A stretch of DNA of 64,000 nucleotides. It comes from Lama guanicoe (lineage: Eukaryota). The position numbers were made by a program, and so were the translations under genes. The stretch spans positions 2,322,943 to 2,386,942 of the forward strand of contig MU053216.1 in NCBI GenBank assembly GCA_013239625.1. The letters run 5' to 3'. Positions 24,340-37,559 of this stretch are shown here, piece by piece. The notes under the pieces are model-generated. The model was given only the letters and a program-made list of their open reading frames with translations, did no database searches and had not been told where the DNA came from. Numbering within the stretch: position 1 is the first letter of the stretch; the number at the start of each line of letters is the position of its first letter.

Positions 24340-27300
24340 GTCTGGTTGTGGTCTCATGTGTTTCTTCTCTTCCTTTGTCTCTGTCTTCTCCTTCTGGCTT
24401 TCCCTTTGTGTGTGTATTACTCCTTTTGCTGTTGTCCCACAGGCCTTGGGATTCTGTTCTGGTTTTTCAGTCTTTTTTTGCTCTTTGCTTTTCAGTGTTT
24501 GAAGTTTCCATTGAGACATTCTCAGGCTTAGAACTTATTTCCTTAGCGGTATTCAGCCTGCTAATAGGCCCATCAAAGGCATTCTTCATTTATGTTATGG
24601 CGTCTTTTTACTCTCTAGCATTTCTTTTTCGTTCGTTCTTAGAATTTCTCTGCTCACATTGCCCATCTGCTCATGCATGCTGTCTGCTATGTCCCTGTCT
24701 GATTCTAATGCTTGCTCTGTCTCTTCAAATTTTGAGGGTTTTTTCCCCCGCCTTTTTGGTATGCCTTCTTGATAATCAGACATGATGTACTGGCCAGAAG
24801 GAACTGCTGTAAGTGGACAGGCTTCAGTTATGTGATGGCGAGTTGATGGGGGAGAGGACACACTCTACTACAGCCCTATGATTAAGTCTCAGTCTTTTTG
24901 TGAGCCTTTGCTTCTGAACTGTAAACTCTGCAAGTGTTTCTCAGGTTTTCTATTACCCCTTATGTGGGAGAAGAAGGCTAGAGTTGCCTGGAGTTGGGTC
25001 ATTTAGGCTCTGATGATACCCCAGCAGGTTAGGCTCTGGCTAACTGGCTCTCCTGAGGGCAGCTCTTGCTAAGAAGAAAAGAGTGCTCTGATCTGTTTCC
25101 AAAAGGGGAGGTTCCTTTTCCCTTCCTTCTGCCAGAAGCAGGAAGAGATTCTTCTCTGATATATATCATGGAAACCTGGTCTAATTCCTGCAGGCAAATC
25201 TCACGTAATTGTGAGGGTTCTGCTCGCACTGGGGCACCCTGGAGTTGTCCACACTGAGCCCATAGTGATTTATCAATGTTGGTGCAAGTTTTTCCACCCA
25301 GTCACTTATTCCTGTGGTGAATCTCTGCTCTGGTAAGCTTGACTCCCTATGTTTGCTTGTCTGTCTCTCTAATCTTAGGGGTGGTGGTTGGACCTGTACC
25401 TCACTTATGGATCCAAGAAGAGGTCTTGATTTTTTTAGTCTGTAAAGCTTTTTTACTTCTTGTTAAGACAAAATGGGAACTTCCAAGATCCTTACATTTT
25501 AAACCCCAAATTGAGAGTTTATATTTAACTTTTTAAGAAGCTTCCAAACTGTTCTCCAAAATGATTGCAACATTCTCTGTGTCTACCAGCAACGTTTTAA
25601 GTTGCATTTTCTCCACCTTCTCATCAATATTTGTTAATGTTTGTTTAATTTCTTATGACCGTACATATGTGAAATGGTATGTCTTAGTAGTGCTAATTTG
25701 CATTTCTCTAATGAGTAATTATGTAGAGCAAATTTTTAACATACTTGTTAATTATCCATATATCTTGTTTTGTGAAATGTCCATTCATGTGTCTCACCCA
25801 CACTTTCTGCTTTTGGAAGACAAGCCAGGCTCCTTATGTATGACTTGTGAGAGTTACACGCTGTGGACACAAGGCCTTTATGGATGTGTGTTTCGCTGGT
25901 ATTTTCTTGAGCTTGTTGCTTTGCTTTTCCTTTTCTTAATGGTACATTTTGAAGTGTGCGAGTTTTGAATTTCCATGAGGTCCAATTTACCGACGTTTTC
26001 TTTGACAGATTGTGCTTTTGTTGTCATTGTTAGGAAATCTGTGCCTAGCTCCAGGTCTTGATGATTTTACCCCATGCTTTTTTTTTCCCCTTCAAATTTT
26101 ACTGTTTTTCCTATTCCATTTGAGTCTGTGATCCATTTTGAGTCAATTTCTGTATATTGTAAAGGTATGGAAATAATCCTCTTTTTAAAAATGTGGATCC
26201 AGTTGTCCCAGTATCATTTGTTACACAAGCAGTCCTTTTTCCAGTGAACTGCCTTCACACCTGGTCAGAAGTCAATGAACTAAACAACTAATTATCTTGT
26301 GAGGTTACTTAAAATAGAATAAAAACTTCAAGAATGTCCACATTTTTTCCATTTTTTTAATTTTATTTTTTAATTTTTATTTTTTACTGAGTGATAGTCA
26401 GTTTACAATGTTGTGTCAGATTCCAGTGTAGAGCTCAACTTTTCAGTTATCCATGAACATACGTATATTCACTGTTGCATTCTTCTTTGGTGTGAGCCAC
26501 CGCAAGATCTTGTATATATTTCCCTGCACATTTTTTCCATTTCTGATGTTCTTCATTCCTTTGTATAGCTACAGACTTCCATACAGTATTATTTTACCTC
26601 TGCCTGAAGAATTTTCGTTAACATTTCTTACATGTTGGTGAAGAATACTTCCAGGTTTTGTCTGTCTGAAAAAAAATATTTCACTTTCCTTTTTGATAGA
26701 TATTTTTGCATAGCGTAGAATTCTAGGCTGACAAGTGTTTCTTTAATTCTTTAAAGATGTTGCTTGACCATGCTGTGTTTTGATAAGAAGTACTTCATTC
26801 TTCTCTTTGTTCCTCTGTGTAAGTCTTTTTCTTTATTCTGCTTTTAATATTTTCTCTTTATCATCAGTTTCGAGCAATTTGATTATGCTGTGCCTTTATG
26901 TTGTTCTCCCAATGATTCACTTGTGCTTCACTGAACATCTTTGATCTGTAGGTTTAGAATTTTCATCAAACTTGAAAAAAAATTAGCCGTTATTTCTTCA
27001 AATATTTTTATGTGCCCACCCCTCTCTCCTCTTCTTCAAGCCTCCTGACCACATGCACATGCGGCTGCTTGAAGTTGTCCCACATGTTCCTGTCACTCTA
27101 TTTATTATTTTGGTTTTATTTTTCTAGGGCAGAGTGAGAATTTGATTTATTCAAGACTTGCTCTTAAGGTTTTTTGGCAGGACCAGAGCTGCTTGTAGCC
27201 TTGGATGATTCTGTCTCATAACTGAGCTGATACCCGCCGAGCACTCTGCCTGAATGCCCTGGGTAGCCCAAGGTCTCGCCCTCCCTGGCCAGCAGGAATA

Positions 27301-27645
27301 CCACCATCACTGGTCCTGCGTGATCCCCGAGGACTCCGTCCAGGTGGTTCTTCACCTGGCCTCGGGGTGCTTCCTCATCTGCATATTCTTGTCAGTGACC
27401 AGCTAGAAGGAAGTGGGAAGTGCCCTGCGAACGTCCAGAGTCCTGTTCTGTGGGCCTCTCTTCCCTCCAGGACTCTGGGCTGCAAACTCCGGCTGCCCTT
27501 GTCTCTTGTACTTTCAGTGTTGTCTCCTCAGCTCAGGGAGGGCTCCATCCGAGTCTCCTCTCCCTGGGGTCTGGTTACAAACCCTCAACACAGTGAACTG
27601 GAGAAAGTTTCGGGCTCAACTTGCGTGTTTCCTGTTGGTTAGAGA
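24340..27645 (-). mobile_element. Mosaic of old L1 fragments (5' end to ~25515; ORF2 3' part to ~26280; ORF1/5' part to ~27645)
   Basis: Recognisable degenerate L1M segments. Confidence 0.7.
26355..26526 (-). mobile_element. Young truncated L1 3' end with 16-bp target-site duplication
   Basis: TSD cacattttttccattt at 26339-26354 and 26527-26542. Confidence 0.85.
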
Positions 27646-27692
27646 CACTTACAACTACTGATGAAATTTGTTCTCAGACTGATTATGCTCGT

Positions 27693-28009
27693 TGTGATCA
27701 AGTATGATCTGACATCCAAAATAACTTATAAATACATTTTTAGGGCTGCATCCACCTCAATTATTAAGGTTAAAATCATTCTTGAAAAAAATCTGTAGAA
27801 GGACATATTCATTAAGAATACTGTTACATACTAGGTGAAGCATATTTAAAGAGCCAAGAACACACAGTCCATCTGTGGCGAGGAACCCGCTCTTCATATA
27901 CATGCATGTGTCCCATTTAGTTGCCACTAAAAGCAATTGGTGTCTTGCTGTGATTGTTCCACCTGTTGGAATTCAACAAAAATGCTATCAGAGGCTGTTG
28001 ACAGTTTAT
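27693..28009 (+). pseudogene. CTLD remnant, nearly contiguous
   Basis: CDQV*SDIQNN-(fs)-YKYIF 27693-27741; KDIFIKNTVTY*V; HLWRGTRSSY; WCLAVIVPPVGIQQKCYQRLLTVY 27938-28009. Confidence 0.65.
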
Positions 28010-28274
28010 AACGTCAAACTTACGATGAATTTCATCCAACAGTGTTAAAACTTGAAAGACACCTTGGGGGTCATCTGGCACTTCAGCTTCTTTACTTTAC
28101 ACATGAGAAAGTCAGGACCTAACGTGTTAATCCATTTGCTTCGCACCACAAAGCAACACAAACAGAAAACCTTTCAGTTTCTGTTGCGAGGACTGAGTCC
28201 AGAGAATCTAATCGGAGGGCTCTGTGCTATGTTATTTCCCAAATAATCAAGCTGACTGGGAAGCAGAGAACAGA

Positions 28275-28490
28275 AGCACGTGGATTTCACGGTGGAAGAC
28301 TGTTTCAGTAGACACGGGCTTAGATCAGCCTCGAGAGTGACGTGTCATTTATACCTTAGTGTAGCTTTTATGCCCAAGAGCAGTAGCCACTGTGTCAGCT
28401 ACAGTCCTGGCACTTAAAAATTCATCTCAAATGGCTCCAATACGGGCAATTTTAACAGTGGGATTTACAGATGTACACAGAGAAGTAAGA
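28275..28490 (+). pseudogene. Possible partial CTLD remnant
   Basis: STWIS (W at 28281); QWDLQMYTEK (W at 28459). Weak. Confidence 0.25.
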
Positions 28491-28519
28491 GAGAAAAGAA
28501 TGGATATTGAGACAACTGC

Positions 28520-28910
28520 AGACCAGCAGCCCCAGGAAGTTATCACTCTGCTTATTGAGTGATGACAACGTAGGAAGGGAACGGCGGGAAGAGAGATGCG
28601 TTTCACAGGGACCCGGCCAGACTGAACTGTTCAGCTGTGTCTCTGCAGGCGCGGAGGTCATGGAGATGCATCGTACCTGCTCTCTGAGACACTGTGCCAA
28701 GCGGAGCGGGATCAGAGGAGACATATCCTGACTTCTTTCTCTTGCTGCCCTTTAGTTTCCTGCCAGTACCCCTCAGTGTCTGAACCCCGCGGGAAACCAG
28801 CTTTGTAAAGGAGACCAGCTGACATGGCCCATCAGGGTCCGCTTCCTGTGCCACCAGGAAGTGCAGAAACAGGCAAAGATTAAGTGTGGACACGGCGAAC
28901 ACCAGCACAG
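28520..28910 (-). mobile_element. ERVL-class solo LTR (LTR33/LTR41-like)
   Basis: Minus strand begins tgtgctggtg... and follows the recalled LTR33/41 layout. Confidence 0.55.
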
Positions 28911-29129
28911 CTACAGACCCAATTCCAAAGGCGGTTCCTGGGTGGACTTTGTTAAGATGAATATACTCTGCTGTTTTTGAGGATGTAGTAATATCTTAGT
29001 TAACTAGAGCTTTTATTCACAGGTGAACATAAATAATTTTGAGTTTCAGAGGTCATAGCAGGTAAGAGAAGTCACCATTTGGAGTTTTAAACACACCCTA
29101 AATCAACCCACATTCCTTCCCTCATTTAA

Positions 29130-29560
29130 AGCCACTTAGAAATAGAGAGAGGGATGTGTGTTTGTCAGATGCTTCCATTAGGTTAACCAAGATGAGGATT
29201 AAAATCTGATCATTGGATCTAGTTTGGAGATTGGTCACCTTGAAAAGAGAAATTCTGGTATATCGCTGACGGTGAAGATCTGTTAGGATGTGTTTAAGAG
29301 GGAACCGTAAGAAAGTGTAACCAATCTTTTTTGTGCATTTTGTTGTAAAAGGGAAAAGAGAAGTGGTTCAGTAGCTGGCAAAGAAAGCTGGGTCAAAGGT
29401 TTCACTATAATCAGGAAAAGGGCATGTATCCATGTTACATGTCTCAACGGCAATGAGAGTGAAGAGAAAGACATTTTGATGTGGGAGGAAAAGAGAAGAA
29501 CTGCTAAATTATCCTTGAAGAGAATGCGAGAGATCCAGTGGAACAGGAGACTGACCACCA
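29130..29560 (-). mobile_element. L2 fragment
   Basis: aagatgaggattaaaatctgatcattggatctag...ggtcaccttgaaaagag. Confidence 0.6.
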
Positions 29561-30345
29561 AAGATTCCCATTATCTCCACTCACAGACGCCGCCCTCCTG
29601 ACCATCCGCCAGGATGACCGTCCACCTGTAGGTTCCGGGCAGTGAGCAGGCCCGTCGGCAGGCGTGTGCCCAGCCAGCGGGGGCCACGCCGGGGTGTGCT
29701 TAGGGCTTCGGGGGTTGGAGGGTGCCAAAGCACCCCTCCAAAGTAAAAGCTGAACTGTTCAGTCTCACATTCCATAACACGAGAAAGGCAGCACAAAAGA
29801 GACAACACATTCTACACCCTGGGATGCTGACCTCGTCCTGGTGACAAGGGCAGTGGGGATCTGGGTCACAACACTAGGTCAACCACGAAGACAATGGAAG
29901 GAAAAGCTGAGGGCAAAGGGAAATTAGGATGGGTGATGGGGGAGGAAGATAAAAGGTATCTGTGTGTCCCAGCTGGGCCAACTGAACTTTTTCTTTCTTT
30001 TTTGGGGGTAAATCTTGGGGTCAGCTCCCTAAGAGAAGCCTCAGTAGCATTCCAGCACTCAAGGAAACCATCACAAAAGTGGCTCCTGAGTGCAGGCCCT
30101 TCTCTCCTTGCTCTCCTCGGTCTCTCTCCTGTCTTCCTGCACTGGTGTCACCACCTGCCTCCTGGAAGCATCCTGCTGTTCTCTCGGGGTTTCTGGAAGC
30201 CTGTAGTAGGTTCACTGCCTATCTCAGCCTCTGAGCAGTTAACTCTGTCTCTTTTCACAAAAACAAAACAAAACAAACAAAAAAACCCAAAGGAAAATTT
30301 ATCCCTTTAATCCTTTCTATCCTTTTATACATTTTAAGTGAAAAT

Positions 30346-31070
30346 GATTGTCTATCTGTGTATTTCTTGGAACTTTTAAAATATGACCCTGCTATTATTC
30401 GAGCTGCATGTTTTGTTCAGAACGCAGCCCACGTACTTAAAAAATATTATGGCCAGTTAATAAAGCCTCTGTCTGTTTCTAATATCAATCCTGTGGTCAA
30501 AACACTTGTCTTAGTAATAAACAACAGCACAGTCAGAGCTCCTTCAGTGAATTTGGGTCAGTGTATCACTCTCTTCGAATACTTTTTAAATTTATCACAA
30601 TTACAGCCTGGGGAAAATTTGGCTTTTTGGCATTCCCTAGTTTGTCATTATTTTGAGAGCAAATTGTTTTCAACCCGGAGTTCAAGTGCAGACGATAAAG
30701 CACAATGGCTGAGTAAATGGGCTTCGACTGTCCTGAAAGGGTTTAGTTTGTATTCCTCCCGTATCAAGTAATAATTATTTCAGGATTTCTTGTGATTATA
30801 CACAACAGCACTTTTTTCCCTAAAGTTGCCTATTGAACCATGTAAGAATTACAAGTTATACCTGTTTATGTGCATTCCGGACCAGGAACAGTGCTGAACA
30901 CCGTGTGTCTGTGTGTGATGCCACCAGGTAGCTGCTTCACTTTATAGATAAGAGAGTTGAGTCTTTGAGGCTAAGTTCCTTTATCAAGGTCATATATTTG
31001 ATAAGTGACCAAATGAAAAATAAAACCCAGCAGCTCTAGCAGCAAAAATTCTCATCACGGTATGTTTCCT
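30346..31070 (+). pseudogene. CTLD remnant (accounts for the 137-aa ORF 30358-30771)
   Basis: DCLSVYFLELLKYDPAIIRAACFVQNAAH 30346-30432; FEYFLNLSQLQPGENLAFWHSL 30574-30639; AQWLSKW. Confidence 0.55.
30880..31040 (-). mobile_element. MIR SINE
   Basis: tttatagataagagagttgag...ttatcaaggtcata. Confidence 0.6.
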
Positions 31071-31349
31071 CTGACATCCAGAGCCATCAAGTTCCCCCCA
31101 AACTCATAAAAACGGTTTCTGAAGGATGGATGTTGCCAAGAACACCCACTGCTTCGGCGGGGCCAAAGGAGGATGCAAACTGAGAGACAGGACATTAAAT
31201 ATGGCGACAGAGTCCGCACGAGTGACACTGGAGGGAGGCTGAGAAGAGTGTGCTCAGAAGCTGCACAGAGAAGGTAGAAGTGTGATGTCTGCACACAGTC
31301 TGTGGTCTGAGGGGCTGACTGGTCCCAATTCCTAGAAATATGTAGGATT

Positions 31350-32440
31350 TAAGAAGCAGCGCGTTTGGCGCGTTGTCGGATCGGAAGACAAGGGGCTGTG
31401 ACACAGTGAGCGCGAGGGCGGGTACACTGGGGAATGAGGCCGGTCCCGGGAGGGGGCTGTGGGCTGTGGGGAGGGGCTGGGCTCTGTCTAAGGGCAGAGG
31501 GAAGACACTGGGAGGTTTTGAGCGAAGGAAGGTGACCGTACATTGCAAACGTTTATGTACCCACCCTGCGCGCTGCCCGGGGAGTGCGCTGCAGAGGGAC
31601 AAGCGAGGCGGCGGAGAGCCCAGTGGGGGCGGGACACGCGCCTGTGATGACGGGTTTAACCGAAGAGCGCATGGGTGAGCTCAAGATCCACTCTGGGAGC
31701 AGAAGCAGTAGGAACTGGAGATGGACTGGTTGGAGGCGTGAGAGAAAGATAAACTCAAGGCTGACCCCCTGAGATGACCGTGGAGGGCTGGTGGGCCTTT
31801 GAGATGAGAAAGGCTGGGGTCAGAAGCAGCTAAGGGAAGAACCAAAAGCTCTGATACTGGACATTCTGCGGTGTTTTGTTTTTTTCAAACACCCAAGAGA
31901 AGACTTTAAGGGGACAAGGACGACACGGTCAGGACGTGGAAGCTGGGATTCCGGGTCTCCCGGAAGGAAGCCGTGGAGACGGTGGGTGGGGCGGCGGTCT
32001 CGGGCAGCGGGAGAGAAGCGCTCCGTCGGGGAGGCACGGGGCCCGGGTGGAGGCCGGGGCTCCTCCGCGGCAGCGCGGGTGGGGGACCCCCAGGGGCTGC
32101 AGCGGCCCTTCCGGTCTGCGCACGGCGGTCGCTCGGGCGGGGGCGGCGCCGGACCGACTCCCGCGTGCACCAGGGGAGGAAGCTGCCGGCCCCTCGTGGG
32201 CTCGGACGGGACGGCTGTAAACCCCCGCCAAGCCCGCACCGTCGCGGGGTGTTCCTTTCCCCGCACAGGGCTTCTGGTCCTGGACTGACCCCCCCGCGGC
32301 CGCCAGTGGCCTTTCCTCCCAGAGGAAGCTGCTCTGGGCCGCTCTAAGGTCTAGTCCTCTGTTCATTCCGTCACCCTGCCACCACCTCTCCGGACGACGG
32401 CCGTTTATTTGTCAGGGTCCTCCCTCCGGTGGGGCGCCTG
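31350..32440. promoter_or_regulatory. CpG island (core 31920-32420)
   Basis: Very high GC and CpG content with several GC-box-like motifs. Confidence 0.75.
31490..31880 (-). mobile_element. L2 fragment, GC-enriched
   Basis: ggaagacactgggaggttttgagc...aactcaaggctgacccc. Confidence 0.55.
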
Positions 32441-34191
32441 CTACAGCAGGACCTGACGGATGGTCCTAACGACACTGCCTTTAAAAGGAGCCTCCATTTC
32501 AGCTGTGCACCCCCCCAGCAGCAATGGAACCGTTCTGTTACTGCGAAGACACCCTTTTTTTTTTCCCCTTCCCATTTTAGACATAAGGAGTGGCATCAGC
32601 TGTTTGTGGATCCAGAACGTTCTCTTTGGACTGTTCTCAAAGAAACGCGTCATTCGAAGCTGTGTCAATAGAGAATTAAAACTTCCACATGACTAGGGAT
32701 TCAAAATGTAAATACAGCCAGCTATGGCATTTCAGAAACCCCAAAGTCAAAACTTTACCACCGAAGGAAAAAAATAGCTTGAAAAGAGGACAGCAGGACA
32801 AATGAGGACAGCCAGTCTTTTCAGCTTATTTTTGTTGGATTCGTTTTGAGTTTTGTAAACCAAGCTCTGGTTAGATCTTGAGGAGAAAAATCTAACCGAC
32901 ATGATTCAGTAAGTCAACCCTCACACAAAAAGGTTTTGAACATCAAGGCACCATTAGCAGCTTTTGAGCCTCATGTCTTGATTGATTGGTTTAAACAGGG
33001 CTAAAAATATAACTTTATAAATACATCAAATAAGGGTAGGGAAAATAAAACTTCATCTGCTCTTTATTGCTAAAGCCCAGAAAGCAGCAGCAACAACACA
33101 ATCTCGTCTTCTGAGTAATGTCTTTAAAAATAATCAAACCTAAAACTGTATTTGCTTTATTTTTCTCTACCAAATGTATACGCTGCCTTTCTACCAAACG
33201 GTAGCTGTTTCCAAATGCTAAATTATACAACAAACATGCTCTAAAATAACAGTAAGCAGAAGATGCCACAAAGAAACTTTGTGTCCTGGGTAAAAATGTA
33301 TAAAAATCATCTTTTTCTCTTTATGTCATAATCTTTACTCATCTTCAGTACTGCTGCTCTAGTCTCAACCGTGTATTATATGCTCAACAAAAAAAAACAG
33401 ATGGAATTCTTCTGGGGACTAAAAGTATTCCTTTTGGGGGAAAATGCCTAAGTTTTTGGCTAATTTTATACATTTGTCAGCTGGGCTTTGCATGTTTGAC
33501 TGTGAACATCGAACTGTCCACAGTGCAGTGTCCTGTGTCTCACCCGCTGGCTCAGAGATGTGGCTTTATGGCCAGCAGTTTCGAGCGGATATGTAACTTA
33601 CAAGAAGCTGAAGGACTAATGCTGAGCGTTCACATGTATCCTTAGAGTATTTAAATAATCTCCACCACCTCATTACGTTCTCAACATCAAACTCACGATA
33701 CGAAATTGTATTCTAAAATATAATAATGAGCCACTCAATTCCTAATAAAAGGCCACCAAAACTCCCCTGTGATTTCATTATAAAGTATTATTTTGTGTGA
33801 CTTTCAAAGAGGGACACCATTTTTCTGTAAGAAGAATTGGTCAACTGAAATCAGCATCTCCAAACAGATTGTTTTAACTGATTGTATTTCTATGGAATCC
33901 TCAAAGTGCAGTAAAAATGCCAAAGATGTGAAAAGAGCTTAAAAAAGTAGAATTCTGCTCCGTGCATTAAGTGAGTGACTACAATGTTTTGGATAAGGTT
34001 AAAGTTTCACATAGAATGACCTTGGTGAAGGAGATAAAGACAACTTTTTAGACCAAAAAAAAAAAAAAAAAAAAAAACAAGAAACCACCAGTAGATTTTA
34101 TACTCCAAAAGAAATGTGGGAGTTCTTTCTTTCTTCCTTTTTTGTTTTTCCTTGAAAATATTTCTTTCAGTTTCTTTTATTTCTAAATAAA

Positions 34192-35112
34192 TATGAGGGC
34201 TGGTTTTGAAGTAAAGAGGCAATTACAGGCACATTAACATTTCTCCCAGACAGCAAAGATAGTGCTGGCCAGTCAGCCGAGAACAGAAGGCAGCCCGGCG
34301 CTGAGCGGGGGCCAGGGCGTGACTCACTCGCCCCTCGGTCACCCAGGGAGGGCGAGGAGCTCCCATTCTGCTGTGAACTTTCATTTAGGACAGCCACGGT
34401 GCTGCACACGCAGAGGTGTGTTTTTGTCTTGGGGCTTCTCAGTCTCACATGCCAAAGCCAAGGCCAAGGCCAAGGCGTGGTCTACACTCGGACTTTAAAT
34501 AATGTCAAAGGAATGAAGTTCCCTGACTCGCGTTTACTCTAGGCTGCCTGGGCCAGATGGCTTCCTAAGGGAGAGGGCAAAGAGGGATGGAAGCTCGCCC
34601 TCCTGTGTGGGTGGGCAGCTGTGATTACTGCTAATGACCCGCAGCTGCAGGCGCTGCCCCCCCCGCCCACTCCCACCATCCAGCCTCCTGCTTCTCTAAG
34701 CTTTTGTCCAGTCAGCCTCGCACACAGGGAGGCAGGCTAAGTTTAGGATGGATCACCCTTCAGGACTCACCCTGAGTCTGGCCCCTCATGAGACCCCAAC
34801 ACCAAAGCTTACAGTTCTGCAAAACCCGGCAAACTGACTCTTTTTCTCAATATCCCAACAAACATTTATGACTTGATTAAAGAAATGCAGTTTAAATGTT
34901 GCCCTTCATCTTTTGACTGCATCAGTAGCTCCAGACATGGCTAACTCAGATCAGCTCTGAATTCAGCACTGTGAGGAGCACTAGTCCTTTCTAGAATTCC
35001 ACAGGCACAGAGAGATGGACAGACAGAAGAGAGAGAATTTTTTGGCTATAAATATTCTTCTGAATATATGCCTGGTGCTTGCTGGCCCTGCTACCTTCAT
35101 CACGTAAACTGG
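34192..35112 (+). pseudogene. CTLD remnant
   Basis: YEGWF (W at 34201)...GQSAEN; RWTD 35013, then after a frameshift GYKYSSEYMPGACWPCYLHHVNW ending at 35112. Confidence 0.4.
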
Positions 35113-35514
35113 TTTACACCAGTGAGGTGGGGAGTGGCTTTCACAGAGTGAGCCTTTAGACACGGAAAGGACTTGAAATAACTTTGAGATGCTGACTGGT
35201 CTAGACGTGTTCTGATATCACAAAAGAGGTCTGTCTCCCCAGCTGCCCTCGCCTCCCACACCCTGTGTCCCCTGCACGTGCTCCACTGGTGCCTCCTCAG
35301 AAGACAGGAGATGGCTGCTGCCCGGCAAGGCTCGGGGTTATTACTGTCATTAATACTAATGTTGCTGATGCTTTTTGCTGTCATTATTAATATTAAATGG
35401 ATGCTATCAACTCTGACACTAAAATAAAATTAGTATTTATTATTACTATCAGTAGTAATGCCAAGAGTTTCTGTTGCCATGATTTTTGAAGTCTCTGATG
35501 GAGCTTTTCTCAGT

Positions 35515-37065
35515 ATTTTTTTTTAATTGGAGTACAGTCAGTTACAGTGTGTCAGTTTCTGGTGTGCAGCACAGTGTCCTGGTCATGCATACACATACAA
35601 ATATTTATTTTCATATTCTTTTTCATTAAAGGTTATTACAGGATATTGAATGTAGTTTCCTGTGCTATACAGAAGAGAGCTGTTTTTTTTAAATCTATTT
35701 TTATATACAGTGGCTAACATTTGCAAATCTCAAACTCCCAAATTTATCCCTTCCCACCCTCTTTCTGGGTAACCGTAAGGTTGTTTACTATGTCTGTAAG
35801 TCTGTTTCCATTTTGTAGATGCATGCATCAGTGTCCTCTTTTTTCTTTTTTTAGATTCCACATATGAGTGATACCATATGGTATTTTTCTTTCTCTTTCT
35901 GGCTTACTTCACTCACAACGACAATCTCTAGGTCCATCCATGTTGCTGCAAATGTCATTATTTTATTCTTTTTATGGCTGAGTAGTATTCCATTGTATAA
36001 ATATACCACAACTCCTCTATCCAGTCATCTGTCAGTGGACATTTAGGTTGCTTCCATGTCTTGTTTGTTGTAAGTAGTGCTGCTATGAACACTGGGGTGC
36101 ATGTATCTTTTTGAATTAGAGTTCCCTCCAGATGTATGCCCAGGAGTGGGATTGCTGGATCATATGGTCAGTCTATTTTTAGTTTTTTGAGGAATCTCCA
36201 TACTGTTTTCCATAATGGCTGCACCAAACTGCATCCCCACCAGCAGTGTAAGAGGGTTCCCCTTTCTCCACAGCCTCTCCAGCATTTGTCATTTGTGGAC
36301 TTTTGAATGATGGCCATTCTGACTGGTGTGAGGTGATACCTCACTGTAGTTTTGAGATTTGCATTGATAATTAGTGACATTGAGCATTTTTTCATGTACC
36401 TATTGGCCATTTGTATGTCTTCATTGGAGAATTGCTTGTTTAAGTCTTCTGCCCATTTTTGGATTGGCTTGTTTGTTTTTTTGTTATTAAGGTGTATGAG
36501 CTATTTATATATTCTGGAAATTAAGTCCTCATCAGTCACATCATTTGCAAATATTTTATCCGATTCCACAGGTTGTCTGTTTGTTTTGCTTATTGTTTGT
36601 GTGCAAAAACTTGTAAGTCTAATTAGGTCCCATTTGTTTATTTTTGCTTTTATTTCTATTTCTTGGGTAGACTGCCCTAGGAGAACATTGCTAAGATTTA
36701 TGTCAGAGAGTGTTTTGCCTATGTTTTCTTCTAGGAGGTTTATAGTGTCTTGTCTTATGTTTAAGAATTTAAGCCATTTGAGTTTATTTTTGTGTATGAT
36801 GTGAGGGAGTGTTCTAACGTCACTGATTTACATACAGCTGTCTAGTTTTCCCAACACTGCTTGCTGAAGAGACTGTCTTTACTCCATTGTACATTCTTGC
36901 CTCCTCTGTCAAAGATTAATTGACCGTTGGTGTGTGGGTTTATTTCTGGGCTCTCTATTCTGTTCCATTGATTGATATGTCTGTTTTTATGCCAGTACCA
37001 CCCTGTTTTGATTACTGCAACTCTGTAGTATTGTCTGAAGTCTGGGAGGGTTATTCCTCCAGCTT
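35515..37065 (-). mobile_element. Young 5'-truncated L1 (ORF2 C-terminus + 3'UTR)
   Basis: [14 protein letters not shown]...[16 protein letters not shown]; 16-bp TSD tgga[g/a]cttttctcagt at 35499-35514 and 37066-37081. Confidence 0.95.
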
Positions 37066-37559
37066 TGGAACTTTTCTCAGTTTGAGGGGTCTGGGGCCTT
37101 ACGGTGTCGTGGCTCCTGGTTTCAACTGCTCTCCAGGCCTCCAGGCCATGAGAAAGGGAGGACACTGGCCCGCTTGGGCTTATTTGGTGTAGTTCTGTCT
37201 CTCTCTCTCTCTTTTTTTTTTCTACGTTAAAATGACTCCCACTCAAAATACCTTTCCATGGAAATAATGTAAAATGTGAAAATATGTTTTCTTGGAATTC
37301 TTCAGTTTTCTCCTTTTACAGTCTTTTCAAAATCTCCTGTGTTCCATGACAGTTCTCTCTCCTTTACCTGAAATAAAATAAGCCCACTCCTGTATTTCCT
37401 TACTCAACAAGTCCAAAGGCAAGGGCCACTCATCCAGGGAGAATTTCTCGTCTACCCTTGCTCTCTCCTGCTCCAAACTCAACAGCGTTTACTACAGATT
37501 TCTCACTCACAGCCTTGTATTAAAGTGACTAAGGTGCGTTCCCTCTATCCCTGCATTTC

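Larger units (their letters stand above)
31118..33594 (+). pseudogene. CTLD remnant straddling the 32-kb CpG island
   Basis: SEGWML 31118, then HCF 31147 and AN*ETG 31175 after frameshifts; strong polypyrimidine/AG acceptor 32551-32580 then HKEWHQLFVDPERSLWTVLKETRHSKLCQ* 32582-32671; ACLTV...RCGFMASSFERIC 33490-33594. Confidence 0.55.

Noticed and set aside
34055..34078. Poly(A) runs here and at 57245-57263 as processed-pseudogene tails
   Set aside because: No TSD and no recognisable mRNA-derived sequence upstream
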